A DNA stretch of 64,000 nucleotides from Eledone cirrhosa (lineage: Eukaryota), in the NCBI GenBank assembly GCA_964016885.1, contig OZ024741.1, positions 372,310,001 through 372,374,000 on the forward strand, in the 5' to 3' direction. The position numbers were made by a program, and so were the translations under genes. Below the pieces are notes generated by a model, which had not been told where the DNA came from, ran no database searches, and saw nothing but the letters and a program-made list of their open reading frames with translations. This document shows, in pieces, positions 17,121-34,881 of the stretch (position 1 is the stretch's first letter; each line of letters begins with the position of its first letter).

Positions 17121-17715
17121 CTTATTACATCGCTTATGTAAATGTTCATATATTTGTATCGTTCTATAAGGTTTATATTTCTGTCGCTAATTTTCTTCTT
17201 TTCGTTTTCATAAAATTTTGCCGTAATGCAGTTCATATATAATATCGTCTTTTTTAATGTATCATGGATTACTTTATTGATTACAGAAGAGAGTGTGACA
17301 CACTCTCTCTTCAATTTCTGTGCATATTCTCTATTACAATTTTATTTGACATATCATATCTACATGTGCATATAATATCAATATGCACACTACTCATGCT
17401 AGCAGAAAACCACCTGAAAGGTGGTTTTCTGCTAATAACTTTAATAGTCGTTTCTAGATTTATTACTGGCACAAAGCCAGTAATTAACCAGTGCATTACT
17501 GGTGATTTATTTTATCGACCCCATAAGGGTGAAAGGCAAAGTTAACCTTGGCGGGATTTGAACTCAGAACGGAACGGGCCATAACTCTATGTTGCAAAGC
17601 ATAGTGTATGACGCCCTACCTATACTGCCATGGGGCGTATAAACCCACTGAACGGAAAAAGATATATCAGCGGTGATACCATTTTTTTTCTGTTCAGTGG
17701 GTTTATACGCTCCAT

Positions 17716-17758
<43 letters not shown>

Positions 17759-18794
17759 CGAAGGAAATGTGGTAAGGAACCAGGTGGACCATAACGCACC
17801 AAAGTACCAATACTTAGGGTAGTAGAGTAGGTAATAGGAACGAGTAGGACCCCGACGACTGAGCTCAAGCCGTTTCGACGGCTAATTCTGGACTAAATGA
17901 AAATTTTTATCCTGGTATATGAATAGCCGAGCTTCTCAGGGGGTAATTCCATATATGGTAAAAGTGATTGTCACAAGGATTGGTCAAAAGTTTGTTGTTG
18001 AGACACATAATTCTATCATGGCAATTTGTGGAGGGAAGGGGTAGCTGAACCTGCCAGTAGAAGAAAGAGGGAGAGGGGGTGGAGGAAACCCAGTCGTGCG
18101 TTGATAGTGCCAACTACAGCTGGGCAGGAGGTCAAGGAAGTATACTAGGGAGGGGGAGGGGGAGGAAGTCGAAACAATAAGTAAAACAATATGGGGTAAA
18201 TATATAGAAAAATACCGAGAATGTTAAAAAAACAATTAAATATTAAAAAAAACAAAAAAAAAACAATTTCTGGTTACTATAACCTAAGGACAGCTATCAA
18301 GTCTCTCACTGGTACTGCTAGACTAAAGAAAGGTTTACTAGGTGGGACGGAATTATAATGAGACCCTTTTAAGAAATATTAGTATTCAGCCGAGTATATC
18401 TTACGGTGACGGGTCAACAAGTGGAGGGCCAAAATACTAAAGAAACTACCACGAAATAATAATTCAGAGTCCCGAGACTAATACGAAATAAAGGTTTCTA
18501 CCCCAGGCACAAGGCCAGCAACCACTCAGTGCAAAAAAAAACTAATACGAAATAATAATTCAGAATCCCGAAAAAGAATACTACTACTATCTCTAAGGGT
18601 GCCGCTACGATGCAAAAATTCTAGTGCAAACTACATAAATGCTCGTAATTCAGAAGCCCCCCCCCCCCCAACAAAAAAAAACTGGCAGGTTCAGCTACCC
18701 CTTCCTTCCACAAATTGCCATGATAGAATTATGTGTCTCAACAACAAACTTTTGATCAATCCTTGTGACAATCTCTTTTACCATATATGGAATT

Positions 18795-18890
18795 ACCCCC
18801 TGAGAAGCTCGGCTATTCATATACCAGGATAAAAATGTTCATTTAGTCCAGAATTACCCGTCGAAACGGCTTGAGCTCAGCCGTCGGGGT
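18795..18890 (+). ncRNA. Hammerhead-like motif, family B (long stems II and III, atypical core CTGAGAA)
   Basis: ACCCC-CTGAGAAG..CGGCTATTC...GAATTA(G/C)CCGTC-GAAA-CGGCT TGAGCTC AGCCG-TC/GGGGT. Inverted copy at 17849-17944. Confidence 0.6.
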
Positions 18891-18900
18891 CCTACTCGTT

Positions 18901-19056
<156 letters not shown>

Positions 19057-19175
19057 AATGGCTTCTACAGGACTAGAACTGTTTCATTCGAGGGAAAATA
19101 TCAGGAAATATTTATACTCTGCTATGTATTGAGTACCTTACTTACTATGGTTACCCTCGATTGAATCCGGGATAC

Positions 19176-19314
<139 letters not shown>

Positions 19315-19666
19315 CTTACAGTAAACATTGATACAATTCAAATCAAGCACTCGACGTCTTTTTTCCACATAGGAGAAATGTATTATATTTAGAATGAGAA
19401 AATGCGAAGTAGTTTTAGATGTTAAAGTCCTTTATTAGTAATGCTGTGATTCATATTTCAATGACGACAGTGGCCACACGATTCTGTGTACCCAAATGGT
19501 GAGTTTGGTGTAGTGGATACCCAGCTTTCGTTTGCGCCTGCGCAGAATCGCTGAGGTGAATTGTTGACCACAAGGGAACAAACAGGCGATTCAAGAACAC
19601 ACGCCCTGTTCGTTCCCTTGTCGTTTCTGTTTGGATTGCCTTGGGAACGTAACTTTATTATCTCAT

Positions 19667-19762
<96 letters not shown>

Positions 19763-19916
19763 GAGAGAGGGAAATGTTTAAACCCGACGGCAGAGCTCAA
19801 GCCGTTTCGACGGCTATTTCTGAACGGTTACCCACTCTACTATCCTAAGTATTGAGTACTCTGGTGCGTTATGGTCCATCTGGTTCCTTACCACACCCCT
19901 TCGTTATATATATATA

Positions 19917-21115
19917 GAAGTGGTTACACAACAGTTAGTTCACCATACCGAGAACAATTGTTTCACCTTAGCGGATGCTCAGTTCGTAATGGACATGGTT
20001 ATACGGAACAGGAAGGACAACTGAACGAACGCGCATGCGCAGAAACCGTCACTTCAAACAGGTAATACTAAAAAGCGTGCGAGAGGTGTAAGGGAGATAA
20101 CTGCGAAAGTCCGAAAAGTTTCTAGTTGATAAGAAAATTGGGAGCTTTGTAGTTATGTAAGAGGTGTTTCCAGACGTGTGGACAACGTGTGAAGAATTCA
20201 TTTCTCGTGTATAAGCAATCACTATTGCGTAATCTCTTTAGTATATTTATTCGTTCATCAATACATAGTCCACACGACGGATTGCCCATTGCGTATGGCT
20301 TGGACTTAGTGATGGCTTTCCATTGAATGGAGTAGTCTATACTTGAGTCCTTGAGGGACCATACGTAGCTCGCAAGTTCCGTGGATGAACGTCTGTTCAG
20401 GTACCTAAAGGTCGCCATTCCCACATAGGATTTGACCTTCTGTTGTTGATTTGGTCGGTTGGAAGTGACCACAGCTTCATAAACTACAGCGAGTGTGTTG
20501 CATTGCTGTTGAAGGGGACAAGCTTCGGGCTTACGGCAAGAGCACCCTGGTGTAGTGTTGCTCTTAGGGCTGTTGGTGATGTGGGCCTTCATGTTCTTAG
20601 CGTAGGAGTATCCTAGTTTAACTTTGTGTCGGTTAAAGATGGAGCGATATTTATGACCTATGGGAAAGTATCTATCTAAGAGGGCTAGAAAGTTTTTGCC
20701 TACATTGGTTTTAACGTTGAGTGAGAAGGGAGGAGAGAACCAGATAGTTTGTCTCTTGTTACGCTTTCTGTTCTTATTGCTGTTGTTGATAGTGGGAGAG
20801 TAAGTGATAGGTTGCGAGAAGCCGCTGTTAGCTGACGCCGTGTTATAGTTGGGTGCGCCCTGTCAAAGATAGCCTTATTAGAGAAGAGGTTTGAGATTCT
20901 AGTACTGATATTATTTACGAAGTTTCTAAAAACAGTGGGAGGGCGGCATGAGTCTTTGTGAATGTAATTAAGTTTCTCGTTTAGCTTATGGAGGGGTCTG
21001 TAGGTGTGTGTGAGAAGGTCTAAATTAATGTCTAAGAAATCTACGCTAGAGAGGATGGTAGCTACTGTTATCCTAAGTCCTAACTCATTGATGGTAGAAG
21101 CTAAGTCTTTTATAT
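19917..21115 (-). mobile_element. Penelope-like retroelement fragment (RT C-terminus, GIY-YIG, 3' end)
   Basis: VDFLDINLDLLTHTYRP...YIHKDSCRPP, IWFSPPFSLNVKTNVGK, CSCRKPEACPLQQQC...VVYEA...SYVGM...STELASYVWSLKD...CGLCIDE...RCPH. Disrupted by frameshift and deletion. Confidence 0.9.
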
Positions 21116-21169
21116 ATATATATTATGGAATACTGTTGGCTTCTTGCTACAATACTTTCTATACCTTTC

Positions 21170-21252
<83 letters not shown>

Positions 21253-21399
21253 ACGTGCGTATATGTGAGTATAAGTATATGTAATGTTGTATGTACGTAT
21301 ATATATGTATATAATCATATATATACATACACACATATATATATATACATACATACACACATTCACGCATATAGACTTACATACCATTCAAACATATAT

Positions 21400-21946
21400 G
21401 CATGCATATATGTATGTGTGTATTTATCTATATGTATGTATGTGTGTGTATGTATGTATTTATGTATGTATGTGTGTATGCATGTATGCATGTATGTATG
21501 CACGTATGTATGTATTTATGTATGTATGTGTGTATGCATGTATGCATGTATGTATGCACGTATGTATGTATTTATCTATGTATGCACGTATGTATGTATG
21601 TATGTATGTATGTATGTATGTATGTATGTATGTATGTATGCATGTATTTATGTATGTATGCACGTATGTATGTATTTATGTATGTATGTGTGTATGCATG
21701 TATTTATGTATGTACGCACGTATGTATTTATGTATGTATGCACGTATGTATGTATTTATGTGCGTATGTGTGTATGCATGTATTTATGTATGTATACACG
21801 TATGTGTGTATTTATATATGTGTGTATGCATGTATGCATGTATGTATGCACGTATGTATGTATTTATGTATGTATGCCCGTATGTATGTATTTATGTATG
21901 TATGTATGTATGTATGTATGTATGTATGTATGTATGTATGTATGTA
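21400..21946. repeat. (TATG)n compound microsatellite
   Basis: Direct observation. A similar tract is at 62755-63316. Confidence 0.95.
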
Positions 21947-22505
21947 TCTCATGGTCGGGTCGTTGGCGACTAAGCTGGCAACCCCACCAAGGTTTCTTGG
22001 TGAGGAGGGTGACTTTGGACATCCTGCAGGACTAAAAACAAAACCTGTCAAAGGGAAAAGGAGCTCTTAAGAGTCAATGGCCATCCAAAATCACCGGGAG
22101 AGATGACCCCTTAGCCTTTGTCAAGGCAGAAATCTAGGAGAAGGAAAACTCTGATATAACACCTGCAACCCTGATGGTATCCAATGATGTTGACTTGTTC
22201 TTCTTTTTGGTAAATATCATCTTGGTTAAGAGAGTGGGACTGGCTTTGTGCAGTGCCTTGGCTCACTATAAAAGCTTCACGGCACAGGCATTGCTTTATA
22301 TCTGGAGATCTCTCTGCACTTGTCGTCACATGGTACCATGGGCCCAGCACTATGTGTCAGTAATTGTCACAAGTGCAGTGTTTGTACCAGAGTTTTCAAG
22401 TCGCTGGCTGGACTAAAAAGTCACACGCGTTCAGCGCATCGGTAGGGTTTCTCCTACATGGATATAAAGTAGTGGCCGTACTCGAAAACGAGTTGGCAGC
22501 CACCA
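21947..22505 (+). mobile_element. Short non-autonomous LINE-derived repeat (RTE-like ends, C2H2-like remnant)
   Basis: Near-identical inverted copy at 58092-58680. Contains CSVCTRVFKSLAGLKSH. A related 5' part is at about 63510-63750. Confidence 0.65.
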
Positions 22506-22942
22506 TGTATTTATGTATGTATGTGTGTATGTATGTATTTATGTATGTACGTATGTATGTATTTATGTATGCACGTATGTATGTATAGATGAATGGGTTA
22601 TGTATGTATGGATGCGTGGGTGTGACTGTGTGGTGTGTACCCACGCTTACTACTAAGGTGGCCTTTGGAACACGTGAAACGACAATTTGTGTGGGTGTAA
22701 ACACGTGTAGAAAGGAAAGGAGGATACAACAGCGTGTAAGTGTATGTATGTGTCTGTGTGTGTATGTGTATGTGTCTGTGTGTGTATGTGTCTGTGTGTG
22801 TTGTGTGTATAATTGTGTGTATTTGTTTATTTGTGTTCGGTGAATGCGGAATGTCTTTTGAAGTTCCTGTAAATCAAACAGTCTGTCATTCATATGCTAG
22901 AGAACAGCTTCGATCTATGTAATGTATGTTTACATGACCAAC

Positions 22943-22943
22943 T

Positions 22944-22990
<47 letters not shown>

Positions 22991-23132
22991 GGTGGTGGTG
23001 GTGGTGATGGTGGTGGTGGTGGTGGTGGTGGTGGTGGTAGTAGTGGTTGTGGTAGAGTGGTAGTGGTAGTAGTAGTAGTGGTGGTGGTAGTACTAGTGGT
23101 AGTGGTAGTGGTAGTAGTAGTAGTAGTGGTGC

Positions 23133-23190
<58 letters not shown>

Positions 23191-23243
23191 AGTAGTAGTA
23201 ATAGTAGTAGTAGTAGGAGTAGCAGTAGTAGGAGTAGTAGTAG
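22943..23243. repeat. (TAG)n/(TGG)n trinucleotide tract
   Basis: Direct observation. Confidence 0.97.
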
Positions 23244-23328
23244 AAATGTTTTATTTGATGGATGAGTAATCAATTGTGTAGATAAACAGAAAATTATCTG
23301 CGCTTACATAAGAAATACGCCTCTACAT

Positions 23329-23368
<40 letters not shown>

Positions 23369-23505
23369 CATATATATATGAAAAGATTCAGGACCCCGAC
23401 GGATGAACTCCGGCCGTTTCGACAGCTATTACCCACTCTACTACCCTAATATCGAGCACTCTGGTGCGTTATTCTCCATCTGGTATCTCACCACACTTTC
23501 TTTGT

Positions 23506-23538
<33 letters not shown>

Positions 23539-23834
23539 TAAAATAACAGATTAAAGTTTAAGCAAAGAATCGCTGCTTTCACCCTTAACGGGATCTTCTG
23601 AAACTTATATATATATATATATATATATAACGAAGGAATTGTGGGAAGGAACCAGATGGACCATAACGCACCAAAGTACTCAATACTTAGGGTAGTAGAG
23701 TGGGTAATAGGAATAAGTATGACCCCGACGGCAGAGCTCAAGCCGTTTCGACGGCTATTTCCGGACTCCAGAAATAGTCCAGAAATAGCCGTCGAAAACG
23801 CCTTGAGCTCTGCCGTCGGGGTCATACTTGTTCC

Positions 23835-23865
<31 letters not shown>

Positions 23866-24363
23866 AAAATGTTCACTCTACATAGCTGAATACAATAAAT
23901 GTAATATGATTTTTTCGAATATTAATAATAACATTCGATTCGTTTGCAATTATGCAAACAAGCCTTAATTTTATAGCCATGTCAGTAGAATGAAGCATTC
24001 ATTCTTGCTCTTGTGTTGGTATGTGTTGGCATGCAGTTCTGTTCACATACCAACACAAGAGCAAGAATGAAGTGTTCATTCTACTGCGAAAAACTCAGAT
24101 TACATTTATTGTATTCAGCCATGTAGAGCGAAAATGTTCTTTTTTATTTGAATTTAGCAAAGCCGGCCATTTATCGCTCATATACAGGAAACTGACTGGC
24201 CAGTCTGCTGATATGCAAATCTGGCTGATCAGTGGATCTGCTAATATGCAGACCTGACTGATCAGACAGTCTGCTAATATGCAAATCAGACCTATCAGTC
24301 ACTGTGTATTTTTGAAAATAGCATATATTTTCACTTGCTCTGACAGTTTGGCAGGGGAACAGT

Positions 24364-24413
24364 GAGCTGTACTGATGAAGGGTGATACCCAGAAACATTA
24401 GTGTTTGCAGTTC
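24364..24413 (+). ncRNA. Hammerhead ribozyme
   Basis: GAGCTGTA-CTGATGA-A-GGGT GAT ACCC-A-GAAA-CATTAGTG-TT/TGCAGTTC, 8-bp stem I. Decayed copy at about 2268-2317(-). Confidence 0.75.
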
Positions 24414-24545
24414 TGTACCCATGCCAACACAAGAGCAAGAATGAAGTGTTCATTCTACTGGCATGGTTATAAAATTGGGGCTTGTTTGCATAATTGCAAA
24501 TGAATCGAATGTTATTATTAATATTCGAAAAGCTCAGATTACATT

Positions 24546-24596
<51 letters not shown>

Positions 24597-24964
24597 CAAA
24601 AGGGATATTTAATTTGTTGGTAATTCAACAAATATAAATGTTTATAACTGATTCGAATCACTCGACAGATTTTCTGGAGTATAATATTCAATGATATTAA
24701 ATAAATGGAAACTATATTTATAAAGCCATATTTATTCTATTATATATATTTCAAGGGTACCAAAACATTGGTACGCTCTCATCAGATGAAATACAAAGTT
24801 TGTTTTATAAATATTGACATATCCAGGAAGAAGATATTAACGGTTCAAGTTTTCTCTGATGAGAGCGTACCAAAGTTTTGGTACCCTTGAAATATATATA
24901 ATAGAATAAATATGGCTTTATAAATATAGTTTCCATTTATTTAATATCATTGAATATACATATG

Positions 24965-25106
<142 letters not shown>

Positions 25107-25129
25107 ACGAAAACGGCTTGAGCTATACA

Positions 25130-25180
<51 letters not shown>

Positions 25181-25219
25181 GAAAACGGCTTGAGCTCTGC
25201 CGTCAGGGTCATACATTTT

Positions 25220-25279
<60 letters not shown>

Positions 25280-25733
25280 TTATTAGGACAGAAAACAAAC
25301 GAAAGAAACGTATTTGAATATATTTGAAATATATATTTATATTTTATTGTATGATACAATCATATTGTAGGTATGTTTCCATTCATTTATTGTTTAATTC
25401 GTAAATACGAGGTAATAACAAACGCTCGATTTGTTTCGGTCGATCTCGTTATAAAGAATGTTTCGTGTCAACGAATTTCTTTTATACCCTCAACTTAAAT
25501 AAGACCGTTATTGCTCCAATCAGTCTACTAGCCCCCAGCAAGCTCCCCAAGCCGAACGCCAACCTATACCTATGACTCCTGGCAAACAAACCGTACTCAA
25601 GCTTAAAATTCGGTAAATCAAATGCGGACCACCATCCTCCCAAACTCAGCTTACGCAACCCTACCGCAATACAAGAACTTACACGCATGCATATGTTTTC
25701 AATTTGTTTTTTCTTTCCGCTCAACTTCTATAA

Positions 25734-26288
<555 letters not shown>

Positions 26289-26497
26289 CCCCTTCTCTTA
26301 CCATATTTCCAATGAAAGACACTGTCAATGCTTTTCAAATACTTTGCATTTATTTGAAAATAACCAAGACTTTAGAGAGATTTAGTAATAATATAACTAA
26401 CTTTCTCATTATTATGCTGGTTTTTAGGACATAATTTAACAAAGATTGTTATATAAAATTATGATGGAAGGTTTTTAGATAAATATAAACACTTTAA

Positions 26498-26503
26498 AAT
26501 AAA
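26498..26503 (+). promoter_or_regulatory. Candidate polyadenylation signal of the NK3 gene
   Basis: First AATAAA about 210 nt after the stop codon; a second is at 26571. The region is AT-rich, so specificity is low. Confidence 0.4.
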
Positions 26504-27927
26504 CGGTGTTTTATTGTAGAACTAGAGAGCGGTTTCAGACGGGTTGATATCAAATGGATTAAAGTTTTGAAATAAAGTTAAAAAAAAAAAAGAAGAAAAA
26601 GTATAAGAAACTGTCTTTCTTGGCTTAAAGTATTCATTCAAATAACATCTAAATATAGTTCTGGCTGCCTGTGATTTATAATACACACACATACACATAC
26701 ACACACATACACATACACATTAATTTTAAAAAAAAATTAATTTCAAAGTTACATATTCTTGCGGACATTTCACTCGAATTCTATTTTGTTTGTTTTACTG
26801 GATACAAAAGCAATGTTAAATTCTAAATTTGATTATTATATATTCATTTTATTACCTCACTATTGAGTAATATCGTACTACTTTGGTTACTAACACTATC
26901 TATCCATCCAAATATTGTATATTATACGCACTTAAACCCTGATGGAGTTACAGGGGCACCGTCATGTATTGAGTATTGAAGTCTTGGCGGAGCCCATCCT
27001 TCTCCAAGTCGAAACACGGTCGATTTCTTCCAGAGAAATATATATATATATATAGAAATAACAACACAATCGGTACAGTATATGGAAGGGATATATTAGG
27101 TTAACGCTTAATATAGCAGGAAGAGGGTCTTAACGTTTCGGGCGCTAGTCTTTCATCAGAAGAAAGAATGAGAAATAAGATAGATTGAGGGGACGGGCGG
27201 GTTGGAATTAAAAAAAATGTCTTTCGATAAAAATAACATGCCCATTCATGTTGACATCTCTTGCAAAGCTGTTGGTGCTGGCGTTTTGTGTATGATTTAT
27301 TTTTTAGAAAAGTGGATGATATATATATATATTGTAAAGAACGAGGAATCAGTAATGCATCAAACCCCAATTTATTAACATATTACATATGTTTTTCCGT
27401 CGATCAGCTCGAGGCAGGATCTGTTATAGATCGAACCCGACTCTGCATTCGAAGAGTCTATATATATAAAAAGTAGGAGGTACATGTAGAGGAAGAATCG
27501 AACTCACTATCGATTTGATTCCTCATCGACCTTGAAATGATAAAAGGTTAACTAAATCTTAGTGGGTTTTGAACTCAGACCATAGAAAGTCAGAATAAAT
27601 ACTGCAAAACATTCTACATGACGACTCTGCCACTTCACCGCCTATATATATATATATATATAAAAGGAACGATTGACTTTCGTCAAATCGGACCGTCGGC
27701 ACAATGTTTCCGTTGGTCTTTCCAATTGCTAATGCTATCTATCGGTCGCAACTCCAGGTAGAAGGAGCAACGTGAAATAAAGTGTCTTGCTCAAGGACAT
27801 AACGCATCGCCTGGTCCAGGAATCGAACTCACAACCTTACGATTGCGAATCCAATTCCCTAACCACTCAGCCACACGCCTTCACATATATGTATGTATAT
27901 ATATATATGTATGTATATATATATGTA

Positions 27928-28132
<205 letters not shown>

Positions 28133-28152
28133 TTATATATATATATTTATAC

Positions 28153-30484
<2,332 letters not shown>

Positions 30485-30506
30485 TATATATATATGTGTG
30501 TGTGTG

Positions 30507-30578
<72 letters not shown>

Positions 30579-30597
30579 TATATATGTATGTATATAA

Positions 30598-30653
<56 letters not shown>

Positions 30654-31070
30654 AAAAAAAGATGAAATCGAAAATGCAACTGGAGTTTTATTTAAACAAA
30701 TATATATATATTTATTTGGTTCCTTTACCGATTTCGCAGTTCTTCTGCTTTTCAAAATTAAAGTTGAGATGGAGAGTCTGCGGTTTTTCTCAGATGTGAG
30801 AAAAACCACAGACCCTCCATCTCAACTCTACTTTTGAAAAGCAGAAGAACTGCGAAACCGGTAAAGGAACCAAATAAATATATATATATTTGTTTAAATA
30901 AAACTCCAGTTGCATTTTCGATTTCATCTTTTTTTCTTTATACCTTCACTCGTGTAGGCCACCTCGGTTATTTTCATTTTGTAAAAAAAAACCCTCACTT
31001 TCTAATATATATATTTATATATATATATATATATATATAAGAATTTTATTTCTCGCACAGCTGATACATA

Positions 31071-31114
<44 letters not shown>

Positions 31115-31320
31115 TTAAAACAATGAAATAAAAAATCAAGTCATTAAAAATATACTTCACTGCTTTACGATCGTAAAGCAGTGAAGTATATCATGACTCT
31201 GTTTTCCTTTTAATGTTTTATTGTTTTCCGCGATTTATTTTAACTTACAACATTTTCAACATATGGATTACATTGAGTTCATCATGCAGACTGGACCCCA
31301 CAACTTACCCTGGATATCTC

Positions 31321-31371
<51 letters not shown>

Positions 31372-31902
31372 TAACCAAGCTGATCGTGTAGAATCCATAT
31401 AATTCCGGCCGTTATTTACTCACTCAATGATTTTATAAGAATCGTATGTTGTAAATACGAACTTATAATTCAGAGTGAACACTTTTCGTTAATTAGTAAA
31501 TATAATTGTTTCGTGTGGGTATAATACATACACACGAACTTCGGCAGTTTCTATGTTATATACCGTGTGCAACATTTGCATCGGTAAGTGCTACTCACAG
31601 AAGTCACGCAATATTACAATATACTACAAAATCGGGTTACGTAACGCGTCTTCAGCGGGATTCCCCCCAAATTCAAACGAGAGATTTATCGAAGTGACTC
31701 ATACAGTCGAACTGGCATATCATAATGGTAATGATAATGATAGCACTTTCAGACAGTATCAGCATCACGTGACCTTATAAAGAGGAGGTCCGTTGAAATC
31801 AGCAGTTGAGAAGAAAAACACGTTAGCAGGAAATTCAAAGAACTAAATGTACATCTGAGCACTCAACCAGGTTAGTTATGTTAACAGACAGACATACAGA
31901 CA

Positions 31903-31983
<81 letters not shown>

Positions 31984-32013
31984 ACACACATACACACACA
32001 CAAACACACACAT

Positions 32014-32078
<65 letters not shown>

Positions 32079-33352
32079 CGTTTTAAAAAAAATCGATTTG
32101 ACCTTAAAATATAAAGAAAAAAACGAGCTCAAGATACTCGGTGTTCAGCGGTTTATATCGATAATACTGAACATTGTTTTCTTACAAAGACACAACGTTT
32201 GAAAATTATAGAAGAAAATGAAATTTAACGTTCCCTACTTTCCTGAAGAACCTATGTCTTTGTAACTTAAATGGAATGACTACTATGACAATTTGAAATC
32301 TGTTTGCAGACTAGACTAGCTGAGATCTGACTGTTCCGTACTGCATTCCTTCTGAGGTTATATCAGTTTCATGAAACTTTCTTTACTTTTCTATCTTTTT
32401 ATCTGAAATTCTGTAAACTTCAAAGATAAAAATATAATTATTGGCCGAATTTAGAGTTTTTTTTCTTTTCTTTTTGCAAACTTTGTTGAGAAGATAAACT
32501 GTATTCTGCGACGTACAGATATCTAATTCCAATTCTTTAATAACCTTGAAAATGTATGAACATGGCAGCGTTCCATTTCCTCTTTCCTATAATGGAATAC
32601 AAGTAATCGCAATTTGTTGCATATTATACAATTTTTGTCTGAAGTTGATTCTTGCCAGAGTATTTTGTCTTATTTCGAGTTTACCTATCTCTTGGCGCTG
32701 TGTTCTTAAGCAGCTCTACTCGTAGACCGAACTCTGTCATTGGCTATAAATATGATTTGTATCTTCGTGGAAGGGCTTTGATTGAGCCCACACCGTCTGC
32801 ACACTGATAGCAACGAACAGCCTTCTTCGGTGGTTACTTCTAGCAATTATGTGTGACCATGTGATCAGATTATTACTGTTTATGGAAGAAATTACGACCG
32901 GTACCTCTCCTACACTGTTGTTTTGTTATTTACAAAGTGATCTTGGCACAAAGTCTAGCAGATGCTTGTGTTGACTAAAATACATCAAATATTCTGGATG
33001 TTACCTATAAATGTGTATGTAGATTTCGATGATGAGAGTACTAGATTTTTGATCAATGGAACTACCTGCTCCTGAAATTAACATGCAAGTGACTGAGCAT
33101 TCCACAGACACGTATGCCTTTAATGCTGTTCTCGGGGCGATTCCGCGTGATACGTTGTGTGACAAGGCTAGCTTTTTGAATTGATCGTACAACTCATTTT
33201 TGCCAGCCTAAAGAACTAAAGAAACGTAAAATAAACTGTGTTCCTCAAAGGCACAACGCGCCGTCGGAAATTGAACTCACAATCTAACAATTAGGATACG
33301 AATACCCTACTCACTAAGATATAAATCGCACTCAGACACACCACTTCTCTCC

Positions 33353-33387
<35 letters not shown>

Positions 33388-33429
33388 ACACACATATATA
33401 CATACACACATACACACACATGCTTAAGT

Positions 33430-34130
33430 TTTTCCATCAAATTCAATGATGATAACTCTTTTCCATTCTTAGGTATTTCGGGGATTTATATCCTAATCCA
33501 TGTTTTATAGCCTTGGTTGCTGGTCGGGCATGTATATGTGAGGTATATGCCACGTCCATCGATTCTAGAGTAGTTGTGAATGTTTTTCTCCATTCTTAAA
33601 TCCTCTTATAACAATAAGACAACCAAGATGTAAGTAGTAAGGTCTTATACTGTTGAAGGGTTGCTTCTTACTCCTCTTCAAAGTGTTCCTTAGTTGAATC
33701 ACTTATTTGGTTCTCCAGACATATGTCAAATGTATGACTGATCCATCTCTGTTGGTTCCTATGTAGTTTGTATTCAGTGCTATTTCTAGTGGTTCGGCGG
33801 TGGATTTTTATCTTATTAGGAGACATAAGGGATATTCCTGAAGCAATGGTTTTTAAACATTTCCAGGGCCTTCATGTGTGCTCACACGGACGGGAAAAAC
33901 GGGAAAAAACGTGCAGGGTCAACTCATCCCTTTACAAAGAGATTCTACACACAGATTGCCCGATAGATGAGGATCCGTTGTGGGTGAGCATCGAGAACAC
34001 AATTACCAGCATACTGTAGATTAGTAATCTCTTATGTTCTTAGCTTGGTGATGGCGTACAAGATGTTTGGGGTTGGAAGTTAATAGTGAACCTCGCCTTT
34101 CTTTCCAGTGTATGCACATGCAGACAGGGA
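33430..34130 (-). mobile_element. Heavily decayed non-LTR RT remnant (possibly R4/Dong-like)
   Basis: Ordered faint remnants: CLKTI, PFNSI, GRGIY, GLGYK. Many stops. Confidence 0.3.
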
Positions 34131-34550
34131 AAGCTATTAACATGAGCTCGGCCAACACACCTCTTTATCTGACTCTCATTTTTATACTAACGGAATCAGA
34201 TCTCTGATCACCAACAACAATTGCAAGTCCTCATTTGCGAATTTGATTGGACACCCATATTTTCTGAAATAGCAGAGACACAGATGTAAAGATTTAAAAT
34301 GTGAAAATACCAAGTTTAAATGTCGGTGGGGATAATGGTATTAGTTTTGGTGGAGATAATAGTGTTGATAGTGCATCGGATTGGATAGTAGTTTTGTTGT
34401 GTAACTCCCAGGTCAACTCTGATCAAACAGTCCTATGACATGCAAGTAGTCGGCGGAACGATGAGATGTGACAAACAGATGTATCTTCTATATCCATCCG
34501 TAACTGGGGACAATACTGCACACTCTAACATATAGTGATGTATTCTATGG

Positions 34551-34881
34551 CAGGTATGTCAAACTGAGTGTCCTCCGAGGGCCACATGGGTTACATATGT
34601 GTTGTCTGAGGGCCACATACGACAACTAATTGCGCACATTACAACTAATATTTTTTTCATTTTATATTACAAAGATAAAACATGCTCGCGCTGTAAAAAT
34701 CTATGTGCGGACCGCATTTGTGCTTGTAAAGGGCCGCATTTGTGCTTGTAAAGGGCCGCATTTGTGCTTGTAAAGGGCCGCATTTGTGCTTGTAAAGGGC
34801 CGCATTTGTGCTTGTAAAGGGCCGCATTTGTGCTTGTAAAGGGCCGCATGTGGCCCGCGGGCCGCATGTTTGATATGCCTG
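34551..34881. mobile_element. hAT-type MITE with internal 22-bp tandem expansion
   Basis: TIR CAGGTATGTCAAAC / GTTTGATATGCCTG. Perfect 8-bp TSD TTCTATGG at 34543-34550 and 34882-34889. About 6 copies of GCCGCATTTGTGCTTGTAAAGG. Confidence 0.9.

Noticed and set aside
19461-19504. ATG...AAATG|GTGAGT as a possible NK3 first exon
   Set aside because: The donor is phase 2 relative to this ATG while the acceptor needs phase 1, and there is no TN/eh1 motif.
34712-34847. Regular 22-bp repeats as a possible CRISPR array (also 60812-60897 and the 31-bp units at 24200-24300)
   Set aside because: Contiguous tandem units with no unique spacers, in a eukaryotic context with no cas genes.
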